From a virus: a stretch of DNA of 64,000 nucleotides. Position 1 is the stretch's first letter. Each line of letters starts with the position of its first letter. The translations under genes were made by a program, and so were the position numbers. Shown one piece after another: positions 40,801 through 51,500 of this stretch. The notes beneath the pieces are model-generated. The model ran no database searches. It worked only from the letters and a program-made list of their open reading frames with translations, and was not told where the DNA came from. The stretch is from positions 10,962 through 74,961 of IMG/VR virus record IMGVR_UViG_3300020196_000021. The stretch is one strand, 5' to 3'.

Positions 40801-43800
40801 GATGCTGGAAATACAAAAGCAAGACCAACCCAGGAACTAACAGCAAATGGGTTAACATTTTCCACAACTGCTGCATAATTTTGCTCAATTAATAATTTAT
40901 CAGTATAATCAAGCATAATAAAATCACCTTTAATATATTTTGTAGGTGTTTCTTGATACTTCAATGCAACATTGGTAGTATAATGAGGTGGGCGCAATTC
41001 CCCAAGAGCACTATCAATAGCACATTTATAATTTGGATGATCAGATTGTCCTATTGAATGAGAAGTAAAATTATCAACTAAAAATCCATTTTTTAATCGA
41101 TTATTTCCATTTGAATCTTCTATAAACAAATTAGCTGTATCTGTTTCCAGCAAACTAAGTTGAGTATAATATTCTACATTATCAAGGCGTTTTTCTAAAT
41201 TGCCAATATCTCGCATTGTATATCTTTTGTTATTATATCTTCTTATAATAACATCATCCAAACTCCTAACATAAGGAGGCATTGATATGGACAACACTTT
41301 CATAGCATTAGCTAATGAATCTGTTGGGGGTTTTGGTTTTAATGCTGCTACTCCTTTTTGAGAAAGGAATTTGCCATTTTTATCAAGATATAAATCATCA
41401 ATTCTACCAAGATAGTATTCTATATCGCCATCAGTTGTTCCAGATGGAAAAAGGTATTCTGAAGTGATATAGTTAGTGTTTCCATATGATAATAAATTAG
41501 TATTCGCTAAAATTTCATTAGCATTAATTGTATATGGTGCATTATATTCGCCTGATGTTGTACTGACATAAGTATCTAATTGATTGATTCTCCAATCAAT
41601 TAGATCATTTAAATATACTCTATTTCCATCATAATTATATGATGGAATTTCATCAATATCAGCATCATAATATGAATTTACCGTATAGAATTGACCTGAT
41701 GTTACTTGATCTTTGAAATGATCCATGATAACAACAAGATCTCCAGAAATAACGCTATCTGAAGATACTTTTGTTAAAGTTGAAAATTCAAATGTCTGAT
41801 CTCTTTGACCATCATCTAACATATAGCGAGATTTTATATCAGGCAATCCATTATTATTAATTACAGAAATAGTGCCAGTTGATGAACTTAAATATCCAAA
41901 AATATCTTCATTTATAGCAAAATTTGTCTGACTAATATAAGTAAAATAAATTGCATTTACATCTTGCTTTATAATTCTACCTTTAGCCCCACTTGATTTT
42001 CCAACAATTACTTCACCAATTTTAAATACTCCAGCACCAGCATTTAATGTAATTTTGGGAAGAATTGATTCGGTTAATGTACCAGACGAAGTATTGTAAA
42101 TTGCATGAATTTTGGATACTCTAGTTGTTCCTAAAGAAATTGTAGTATCATTTACATTATATTTGTTAGCAATATTTGCTAATCTCAATGCTCTCATTTT
42201 TTTGAGAGATGCTAATTTTATACTTGGGACGTTAATTTTCTCTGGACCAATTAATATGTATGCAGTTCCAGAAGAAACAGCAGATCCACTAAAAACAAAA
42301 GTTAAAGTACCACTACCATCGATTGCAAGATTGCTAATTGTTCTTTCTGTAGTTCCAGCATCTCCATTAATTCTTAATGTGTAATCTGCTGCATTTTTTG
42401 AATAATAACTTCTACCACTAATTGTTATTGTAGTTGTAGATCCTGTTGAACCAATATATTTTGTAAAAACATCTTGTACTTTAGTATCAGTTAAAGATTT
42501 AATTACACTTGTTTCATAAACTGGAAAAAATAATGGGTTAAATGCTCCACTAATTTTATCAATTGTTTTTATGACTCCACCAGTTGATGTATTTGGCGTA
42601 GTTGTATAAGTAATTGTTCCCGCAAATCTTATCTTTTTAATAGAAGATAAATTATATGAAGTTGATATAAATCTTATATTTGCTAATCTAATAATTATAT
42701 AATCTGATGATCCACTATCGACTTGTTCATAGGATAGCATTATTGCATATCCTATTACAGCATCATTAGTATCTAATAACGGTACAATAGAATTTAATGA
42801 TGAAGTAAGTTGAGAATATGTTATGTGATTATTATTAGAAGAGTTGCTGATTCTAAATTCTATAGATCTAGCATCTGTTCTAATAGTTGCATTTCCAAGT
42901 AATTCAGTTGCTCTTGGTTTTTTAATATCAACATAAGTAGTTGCTAATGTTTCTAATTCATATCCTCTAACATAAGATTTACCAGGAGATACATTTATTT
43001 CAAATAAATCTTTGGATGGAGTATTTCCATCATCTGTACTATTAATTGATGAAAAGATACCATTATTAATACCATCATTGAAGCATTCGTCTTTTGAAAA
43101 ATCGTATGGACGAACTTCATAATCTCCAGATTCATCATAAGTTCTTCTTGCAAATGTATCTTCTAATGTTTTTGCTAACTGTGCTCTGGATGAAGATACT
43201 ATTTCTTTAACATACCCCTTTTCTAATCTGAGAAGTTCAATAAAATCAGTAACAGAAGTATCATCTAAACTTTTTTTAGTTAAAATCGCTGTTAACTTAA
43301 ATCTATGTGCCCCTGGCGCAGAATAATTTGAATATCCTTGTGATGGATCAGTAAGAGAAATGTCATCCTCTGGGGTTACAATCTCTTCTAATATTTGTAA
43401 ACCAACCTTATATGATGGTGTAGTTCCAAATTGATCTAAGATTATTTCTTGCTCTTCAACATTAACAAAATACCCTTTTGTATAATATATTCCGCTTGTT
43501 ATTTTTGCGGCAGATCCAATAGAAGTTGGATTTAAACTAATACACTTTGCGAAATCAGTATTTTTTTGAATTACAGTATTGCCAATGCTAAATGAATTTT
43601 CTGCAATTAATATTTCATCATTACCAAAGGTTCCATTTGTATTAGTAGTGCTTGCACTCAAATACTTTACATATAACGTTGTAAATCCTTTTTCTGACTG
43701 ATCAGATGTTAAAGCATTGACAACTTTAGCACGAATACCAGAAGTATTTCCAACAATTGTCTGTCCTACAATATATTGAGAAAGAATATCAGCAGAAATT

Positions 43801-44054
43801 CCAAAATACTCTTCTTCAATTAAAATTGCATAGTAAGTAAGGTCATATCCAATTTGACCAGGAACAACCATAGCACCTTCTTTATAGATGCTAGAACCAA
43901 AATTTTCAATTTGATTTTGAAGTATTGATTGTATTGTTGTTAACTCTCTAGCCTGAAGAGGATATCCAGGTCTAAACAATACTTTATGAAATTTTTTCTT
44001 TGCATCAAAATCCTCAAAATATGGAGGAGTGTTCAGATTAGTTGACTGGGGCAT
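37866..44054 (-). CDS. VrlC / DUF4815-like large virion structural protein (2062 aa)
   Basis: Motifs PYFEDFD..FHKVLFRPGYPLQARELT, APGAHRFK, RRTYDESGDY, RYTMRDIG, DPLAQSF, LFKSQNASTW. Confidence 0.88.
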   Translation of the reverse strand: MPQSTNLNTPPYFEDFDAKKKFHKVLFRPGYPLQARELTTIQSILQNQIENFGSSIYKEGAMVVPGQIGYDLTYYAILIEEEYFGISADILSQYIVGQTIVGNTSGIRAKVVNALTSDQSEKGFTTLYVKYLSASTTNTNGTFGNDEILIAENSFSIGNTVIQKNTDFAKCISLNPTSIGSAAKITSGIYYTKGYFVNVEEQEIILDQFGTTPSYKVGLQILEEIVTPEDDISLTDPSQGYSNYSAPGAHRFKLTAILTKKSLDDTSVTDFIELLRLEKGYVKEIVSSSRAQLAKTLEDTFARRTYDESGDYEVRPYDFSKDECFNDGINNGIFSSINSTDDGNTPSKDLFEINVSPGKSYVRGYELETLATTYVDIKKPRATELLGNATIRTDARSIEFRISNSSNNNHITYSQLTSSLNSIVPLLDTNDAVIGYAIMLSYEQVDSGSSDYIIIRLANIRFISTSYNLSSIKKIRFAGTITYTTTPNTSTGGVIKTIDKISGAFNPLFFPVYETSVIKSLTDTKVQDVFTKYIGSTGSTTTITISGRSYYSKNAADYTLRINGDAGTTERTISNLAIDGSGTLTFVFSGSAVSSGTAYILIGPEKINVPSIKLASLKKMRALRLANIANKYNVNDTTISLGTTRVSKIHAIYNTSSGTLTESILPKITLNAGAGVFKIGEVIVGKSSGAKGRIIKQDVNAIYFTYISQTNFAINEDIFGYLSSSTGTISVINNNGLPDIKSRYMLDDGQRDQTFEFSTLTKVSSDSVISGDLVVIMDHFKDQVTSGQFYTVNSYYDADIDEIPSYNYDGNRVYLNDLIDWRINQLDTYVSTTSGEYNAPYTINANEILANTNLLSYGNTNYITSEYLFPSGTTDGDIEYYLGRIDDLYLDKNGKFLSQKGVAALKPKPPTDSLANAMKVLSISMPPYVRSLDDVIIRRYNNKRYTMRDIGNLEKRLDNVEYYTQLSLLETDTANLFIEDSNGNNRLKNGFLVDNFTSHSIGQSDHPNYKCAIDSALGELRPPHYTTNVALKYQETPTKYIKGDFIMLDYTDKLLIEQNYAAVVENVNPFAVSSWVGLAFVFPASDDWIDENRLPESLTEVEGDYSATVFAMGVDRNTGFAPIEWNAWKTQWSSTSVTTQTWTEGGGPIRNVEQTTTRTDRFQTRSGIRPRVTPKTERKVLGDRVVDTKYAYWKRSRNISVTSFRLKPNIRVYAFFDGRDVTSFVTPKILEIAMAASSVAFQIDEDIIVTGNVNRKFRAKLVAPGSGIDNLGRPYTVNPYNGETITATSYTSTSTFLNLDIPSMQVLNTSEMGGYVLEGDTIVGLTSGATATVINKKLIADELGNVQLSFYIPDPNDDANPRFKVGESVFRVSDSPINSLIPGVVDSSAEASYTASGTILTKQQDTLLVRNAEVVRDTVSDSRMLTSSSTSTRVGGWYDPLAQSFLIEESGGCFITKIDVYFSTKDSNLPVTMQIREMVNGYPSPEILGTINKDPSNVSVSKDASAVTTFVFDTPIYLAERKEYCFALLTSSVEYRVWLSEMGKDDLSGEKISKQPYAGVLFKSQNASTWTTSEMQDFKFKIYRASFNINESPTINWVNDNSGSLQYTQLRRDPIELNVNSNRIKVNHTNHGMHDPASFVDITGVSSEQYATLSVNWSGAPGAITVNGNRTAFYYTSNINGSPPTNTNPGYLKIGGVVYSYNPTTVGTADTNGNYTITTLARISGTAPSDGFKADEEWQVENYVIDGVPLTLINTIHSNLEWITLDSYQINLPITRTSATNLTIGGDKVFVSQNIQYTQFEPLVTYKELPGTSILASYSGTTGTSIGSSSYSNPSTYTSPNQKSYIRDSDFFPIVLNENNLLSVPYLIASNLNEEKQMIGAKSATMRLVLSSTKENLSPIIDKNRVSLVTTNNRVTDFDSTEFKKQYFFNSPPSPNDTFNIAIDPIHDYNAANYITKIATLANPCTGLRIEFASYNPSVCDVDVYVKLLTGDESDYNQIPWEKLTTANYNKKDELRFIDLSYNYNTANANETFSKYTIKLRMRSRNAAVAPIIKDLRCIALA

Positions 44055-44055
44055 G

Positions 44056-45486
44056 TTAGAACTCTAAGATAATTTTAAAATCTTCTGTTTGATCCTTTGC
44101 TCTGGAGATCGTACTCCTATTATCTATGTAGATGATTTCTCCAGATCCTCTAGATAGTCCAGAGGATTTTACTGAAGTATTTCCTGCCGCAATAGTAGCA
44201 GTTTCTTGATCTGCACCAATACTAATGGTATCGCCAGGTAAGAAGGATGCTCTTGTACCATTAGAAGCCATTCCAAAACCAACTTCATTTTCTTGAGTGA
44301 AATATATGGTTTTGGTAGTATTTTCATAATGAACAATTCTTCCAGTAGCAGCAGTTTCTGTTACCCCTAATGCTCCAGATGAGTGTGCAGTAACACGTAT
44401 TTGTAAATCATTATATTCTATTGTGCCATTTAAAGCAGATGCCAAAACTAATTGTTTTGTGCCAATAGCAACATCAGTTCCTGAAGTAGTGACAATAGGA
44501 TTATACAATACTCCAACAATACTAAAATCATTACCAAAAACAAAATCATCTTTATCTAATTTTGCGTGAAGTGCAATTCGGTATGCACCAAGTTCTCTAC
44601 CAATTGATACTGCCGTACCTTCTTTTGGTGAAATAATTGGAATTAATGATCCTCCTCCACTTCCTAAATTAATTTGTCCATATGTATATGCACTCCCTGG
44701 ATTAATTACTAATACCGATGTTATTGCTCCAGATTGAGAAACTGAAGTGATTTTTACTTTTCCGCCAGTACCATCACCAACAATATCATATTCTGAATTG
44801 GCAGTATATCCTGTTCCTGCAGATTCAATAACTACATTATAAATGGAACCTCCAAAATTTGCAGACGCTGGTAATTGGTTACTTACTGGAATTGAAATTG
44901 GAATTGGAATATATTCATCAGTTTTGAATTTTTCAAAATCATTAGCATTGACAGTAAACATGTATTTCCACAGATACCCGTCAGATAATGTGAATGGAGC
45001 AGCACTTACTGAAGATGGTTGTACTGTAGAAGGAGAATTTTTATTATTAGATAAACACTTATACACTTTATATTCTGATGTCACCACATAATAGTTTGTT
45101 TCATATAAATGTTGTTCAAAATTTAAACCTTGAACATAAGTATTTGTAGTTCCAGCAGAAGTTAATAGTTTACCATAATCATCTCGGTAAATATCATAAA
45201 TTGTTCCTTCTATCCATTTATTATTTCTAATAACCTGTCTTATTTCAGCAGAAGGAATCTTTTTAAGACCTATTATTTGATCATATAATCTAAATGAATC
45301 TTGCTGATTATCTGTTGGATCTAAAACAACTCCATCAATCCAAGCAACGGATTTTGCAAAAAATAACCAAATTGTAGTACTTGGTACACCTAATGCAGTA
45401 AGAGTTTGATTCTCACCAACCTCAATTGCTTCTTTAAATTTTTCAGCAAATATTACTCTAAATTTATCCGTTAAAATTGCTGCCAT
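44056..45486 (-). CDS. gp8: Baseplate wedge subunit gp8
   Basis: Motifs YKVYKCLSN, DGYLWKYMF, SGEIIYIDNR..ISR..DQTEDFKIILEF. Confidence 0.9.
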   Translation of the reverse strand: MAAILTDKFRVIFAEKFKEAIEVGENQTLTALGVPSTTIWLFFAKSVAWIDGVVLDPTDNQQDSFRLYDQIIGLKKIPSAEIRQVIRNNKWIEGTIYDIYRDDYGKLLTSAGTTNTYVQGLNFEQHLYETNYYVVTSEYKVYKCLSNNKNSPSTVQPSSVSAAPFTLSDGYLWKYMFTVNANDFEKFKTDEYIPIPISIPVSNQLPASANFGGSIYNVVIESAGTGYTANSEYDIVGDGTGGKVKITSVSQSGAITSVLVINPGSAYTYGQINLGSGGGSLIPIISPKEGTAVSIGRELGAYRIALHAKLDKDDFVFGNDFSIVGVLYNPIVTTSGTDVAIGTKQLVLASALNGTIEYNDLQIRVTAHSSGALGVTETAATGRIVHYENTTKTIYFTQENEVGFGMASNGTRASFLPGDTISIGADQETATIAAGNTSVKSSGLSRGSGEIIYIDNRSTISRAKDQTEDFKIILEF

Positions 45487-45505
45487 TTTCTAAACGTTTT
45501 ATTGT

Positions 45506-45513
45506 TATTTATA
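45506..45513 (-). promoter_or_regulatory. T4-type late promoter TATAAATA (for gp8)
   Basis: Exact consensus in the gp7-gp8 gap. Confidence 0.85.
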
Positions 45514-45518
45514 GGACA

Positions 45519-48500
45519 TTAGAAGTTATATATTAAATTTGTGCCAACTGTTAATGTTTGATATTCATTAATTAAATTATCAGCAGTTAATGTATATCCA
45601 AGAAAATTAGTCCAGTTTGCTGTAGTAACTGGTTTCGCAGTGTCAGTTAATTTGATGTATATAATTTTATCAATTATATCAAAATTTACAACAGTAAATT
45701 CACTAGTATTTGCATTGCCACCAAAATAATAAGTACTTAAATCAGAAGCAGATCCACTAACTTTTAATATTTGATTAAATGGTAAATCTACAATTTTTAA
45801 ATTTTGCAATTCATCTTTACTACCAACAATCAATTGATTTCTAGGAACAAAAGAAACATAAGTAAAATCAACCATTCTTTTTGGGAAATTTGTTCCTGCT
45901 GGAATTATAAAAGATATTTTATTTGTATCATCATCAGGAGATGTTGGAAAATCAGAAGAAACATTATTTATTTTTATACTTGGTATTGATGTAGTAAATA
46001 ATGTTTTACCAGTTAATGGATATGGAGATGGCGTACCGATTTGGAATATACTTGAATTTATTGTTCTTCTTGATCTTAATGATTCTCTAACTCTAGCTGA
46101 TTTGATTAAATCAGTTTTCCACCAATTATTTCCCCTATCAGATCCCAATTCAATTCCATTTGACGCTTCATATAAAACTCCAAATGATTCAGTTACAGAT
46201 AATTTAGTAGCACTAGTTTTTTGAAGGATTCTTCTAGGTGATACTTCATTATATTGTAAAAGAATATCATTTGGTTCAACCGCGACATCAATATCAATTG
46301 TATTATAATCAGATTGTGATCCAACAAAAATATATCCTTCAAAATCTGATCCTCTTTTTGGAGGAGAATTGAAATCAATAATACTTCCTAATAATTTATA
46401 AGAACTTAGTGAATCACTATATGCTTCTAAACGACCAGATTCTGTTGTAGATGGAATTTGATAAACTCCATCTATGAATAAAATTAAATTAGCAGATATA
46501 TTTGCTTCTGGTCTATTATTTGAGATTAAACTAAAAATTTCTCCAGTAACACTTCTTAAATCAAAATTAGTTTTAATTGAATTAAATTGAGAAGATATAT
46601 TTTGAATTGAAATAGTTTCTCCAACATAGAAACAATTAAATGGGGTACTATCTGTTGGTGGTTCATTAAATTGAATTTCTGAATACTCATCTCCATCATT
46701 TGAAGTATTGTTTGGATTATTTTCAATAATTGTATATGATGATCCTCTTTTTTGAAGAATGCCGTTAACAATAACAAAAATGTCTTTATTTGCTTCAATG
46801 TAAACTGAATTTCCATCCTTCAATAATGGGAATCTTGTTTTATTTGAATCAAATCCTCGTGCAAATCCACTACATTCCAATGAAACTGGAGTAATTTTCG
46901 TTACATTTGATCCATTTGAATGTACATTTGGAATAATTGATGCAAGTTGTCCTCTTAAAACTGTTAAAACATTAGATGAAATATTAGTAATTTTCATAAC
47001 TTCAACATCATTAACTAAAATATAATCATCATTAGCAAATCCACTTGAACTTACAACATTAATTGTGGTATCGGAAGATAATACCATATATGATTCATCG
47101 AGAGTTGTTTGTGTTGATGTTTCTGAAGAAGACACATATCCACTTAATAAAGTTGTACCGCTACTAAACGCATTATCTCGATTGACCTGAGTAGTATTAA
47201 TTTTGACAACAACTAATTCTCTATGATTAAATCTAATTGAATTATTTAAGGGTAATGTTATAGTGAGAGAAGATGTACTAATATTTCTTAAAGTTACTGT
47301 TGAATTTATTTTGTTTATAGAAGTAATTTCTAATTCATTTCCATCAACAGAAGTTAATCCTATTGCAGGATCAAAGACAACTCTATCCCCAACAGAAATT
47401 CCAAGAACGCTATTTAAATTAATTGTTATGGTATTATTTGGAGCAACAACAGTAGAACTAACAGATTGAATTACTGTTTTTCTGATTTGCTTATCAATAA
47501 TATTATCAACAATAGCATTAGATCCATTAGTTGGGGATACAATATAATCGCCAACAATTAAATTAGAAACATTATTTTTTATAAAAATTCTATTTTTAGA
47601 TATATCATCAAATTGATAATTTGGAGTGGAACCCAATGCTCCAGAAACATCTTGTCTTTGATATAAAAGACCTACGAATTGTCTTCCAACTTCAATATCA
47701 CCTTTAAAATATTTTTGAGGTGGTTCAGTAAAATTAATTTTTCTAATACCACTAGATCCAGCAAGGTATGAAACAAATGGAGTTTGAACTACACCATTAA
47801 TATCAAGAATATATTGATTTGAATCAATTACTAAACCAACTGGGATATCAGTTTGACCATCTTCAATTTTATAATTATACAATTCGCTAAGAATATTATG
47901 AGATGATGTTTCTAAAGAAACTAATTTTGGATCAATATAAACAACCAACGAGTCATAATTAAATGAATAGTTAAAAATTACATTGTTTGATGAATTTAAA
48001 CTATAATCAGAAGTTTTAATCAATATACCATCTACAAATATAAAATAACTTTCTTTTGATACAGTTACTGGTTTTGAAGCAATTGAAATTGCATTTCCAC
48101 TAGTTACAGATCCATTTGTAAACTGATTTCTATGAGAACCAACTATACATCTTGCTGATATTTGAGAACCAGCGGGAATACTTTCACTGAACACTAAATT
48201 GCCAGCAGACAATGTATATGAATCTGAACTTGATTGAAGGACACCATCTACAAAAACTAACCAATCGCTGGCATTGTAATTAGATCCAACAACTGCTGAT
48301 GGGAATGCAGATCCATTTTGTTGAATTAATGGGAACGTTGTAGATGCAGAAGTTGTAATTTCATTAAAACCATAGATTACATTTGCTTCATTTAATTGAC
48401 GATAAAAAAGAACATCACCACCTGGCATCAATTGTCCTGCATTTTCTACAGATTCAAAACTAAAAGTTTTATCAGCATCAGTTACAGTCCAAGAATCTCC

Positions 48501-51500
48501 GTAAGTTTGAACAATATTATCCAAAATTACAAGCATTTGATCAATACTATAATTGGTAATATACTTATCAGTTACTCCGTCATCATTTTTTGGTTGAATT
48601 GGGTCAATGACCTTTAATTCAAATGATGTTTTTATACCATTAAACTCATTAGAAAAATCCTCAAATGCTGCAACTACAGAAGTTTTAATATTTTTTACAT
48701 CAGTTAATAGTTTATTAGCAACCTGAACTTCATCAACTGAGATATTTTTTGTAATCAGATAATTATATTTTTGATTCAATCTCACAATAGAAGATACATC
48801 AGTAGATATTGTTACTTTTGTTTCTGATGTAACTGGTAATTTTGCACGTTGATTGATTTTAGTTTTTGCAAATAAATTATATCCTGCTGGATGAGCGGTT
48901 GAAATATAATTTTCTCTCCATTTATCTACGGGGACATTGGATGATATCTCATAAGCAAATTTTTGATATCTAAAACTATCTTGTAATTTAAAAATATTTT
49001 CGCCAAGGAATGAATTTTGACTTAAGAAAAGTTTTGGTTGTTCTAAATATGCTCCAAGTTTTAATGATGTATTAACCCCATCAACAAAATCTATTTTACC
49101 ATATGATTCAGAATTAACTCCTCTTATAATATCATTTACTTTTAATTCATATTGCAATCCAGTTATTCTTAATATTGAATTATTTTTTTGCCATCCTTTT
49201 ATAGTTGACACATATCCAAAAGTATTTGGGTTATCATTGATAATAACTTTTTCATTTGCAAAGAAATCAGATTTATCAATAATTAAAGTTATTGATGCTT
49301 TTCTTTCATTCAATAAAACTTTATAATATTGTACTTGTGCGTTTGTTGGCACAGAGATATAATCTAATGGATTAACATAAGTTTGTGATGCTAAAGTTAA
49401 TTTTGATTTAATCGATGCTGTTTGTAAATCTGCAAAAAATGTTACAGTCGATTCTTGATATTTTAAATTGGAATTTGTATCTAAGTAATATGCTCTTACT
49501 TTATAAGAATCATTTTCTTGGAAATAATCAGTAAAATCAAATTTAAATGACAAATCACCATTACTATTGATTGTTGTAAAATATGTTTTTTCGACATCTA
49601 TAGTAGGTGCTGATGAATACGAAACTCCAGGATAAATTATATCTACTGAAATTACTTTTTCATTATTTACATTTACTATCAAGGATGCATGTTGAGTATC
49701 TCCATCTCCTAATCCTCCACCTTTAATAACTGGACTGTTTGAAAATAAATATCCATCTCCTGGATCATCAATTCTATACGAAACAACTTTATAATTATTT
49801 TTTAACTTAGCTATTATTGGAAAAGAAATAACAGGTGAATACGATGGATTTGGACTATATCCATAACCATTTGATGCATTAGCAATAGATTTAACTGATC
49901 CAACAGTGCTAGAGAATGCTTCTAAAGTAGCGCCAACTCCATTTGCAGTTACAAATCCAGTTACACTAGGGAGAATTTTATAATCAAATCCACCAGAAGT
50001 CAAAGTTGCTTTATGAATTGGTCCATTTGCAACTTTTGATGTAGTAATATAATTAATAGTATTTGAATTGTAATCAGTAAATAGTGGATTTCTATCTATA
50101 TAAAACTCAAAATAATTTGAAGTAGAATTCTCAATATAAAATTCACCATTATAAGGTTCAAATCTAATATTTAACTTTACATCTCTATAAATTCCCTGAG
50201 ATTGTAAAGTAATACGCATTATAACATTAGTTAAATCTGAAGATTTTGGTACAATAGTAAATTTTGTTATTTTACCACTACCATCAAGTTCAATTGTGTT
50301 GTCAATATCAAAATATTCTTTTTGTTTATCTAATTCAGTAGAAAAACTAAAAAATTGAACAGTTATTGGTTCAACAGATTGAACATTAAAAATATATTTA
50401 CTTCTTTCATACATTTCAAGAGTGCTTCCATTAGTATAGGTTTCACTCCCTTTAGTTATTGTAAAATTAACTGGATTTATTGTAAAATTAACATTATAGT
50501 TATTTTCAAGTTTTCTAGATGCATTAACTGTAATCTGATCTCCCTGTACCAATCCATTTCCATTTGAAGTAAATCTAGATAGAATTCTATTTTCCTGATA
50601 TGATTTTACTTTTGCATTAATATATCTTAATTTAGTAACTATTGATCTTGGATAATGAAGTGATCTTACAGTATTGAATGATTGTCTTTCTACAGTAAGA
50701 ATGTGCTTAAAATTTGATCCTATTATATCAATATTTGATACTATATTTGCTTTAATATAAGTTTGACTTGTTAATAATTCAATTCTAGGATTAGACATGA
50801 TTGAACCATTAACAGTAATACCTGTTTGGTTTGGTGGTTGATCAAAAACTAAATCACTTACATCTCCATTTGCATTTAATACTACAGTTCCTTGAGCAGG
50901 TACTTGAGCACTACTATTAAGTTGCAAAATACCATTAATGAAAAGATAATAAGTATTTGCTCCAGTAGTTCCACTTCCATCTTTTATTTTGGTAAATAAA
51001 TTCTGAATTGTTTTGGTTACAGTAATGTTAACAACTTTGAAAATTTCCTCATCTACTTTAATAATATCTCCGATATTAAATTTTGAACTATCAAAAACTG
51101 GTAATTCACTCAACAAAGTAACAGTAGATCCATCTGCATGAGGTGTTTGAATTGAATTTATACCTCTTTCAACTAAGATCTTATCAGAACTTGCCTTATA
51201 CTTCACCAACATGTATTCGTCATCAATTTTTATATACTTATTGATAGTTAGGGAGAAAAAGTCATCAATTGTACAATTTGTAAATCCAAATATACTTAAA
51301 TAAGTTGTAGCACTATCGATGTCAGAATCTAATGTACATTTAGTTTCTAATCCATTTATAACTGCCACTGTAGCATTAGTTCCAGTTAATTCGTTGGAAA
51401 TTAAAACTTCTGGTGTTAATGTAGAGTCAAAAATGGGTTCTCCACTAGATGGATTATTACCAGTAACATTTTTTAAATATGCATATCTATCATTCTGATT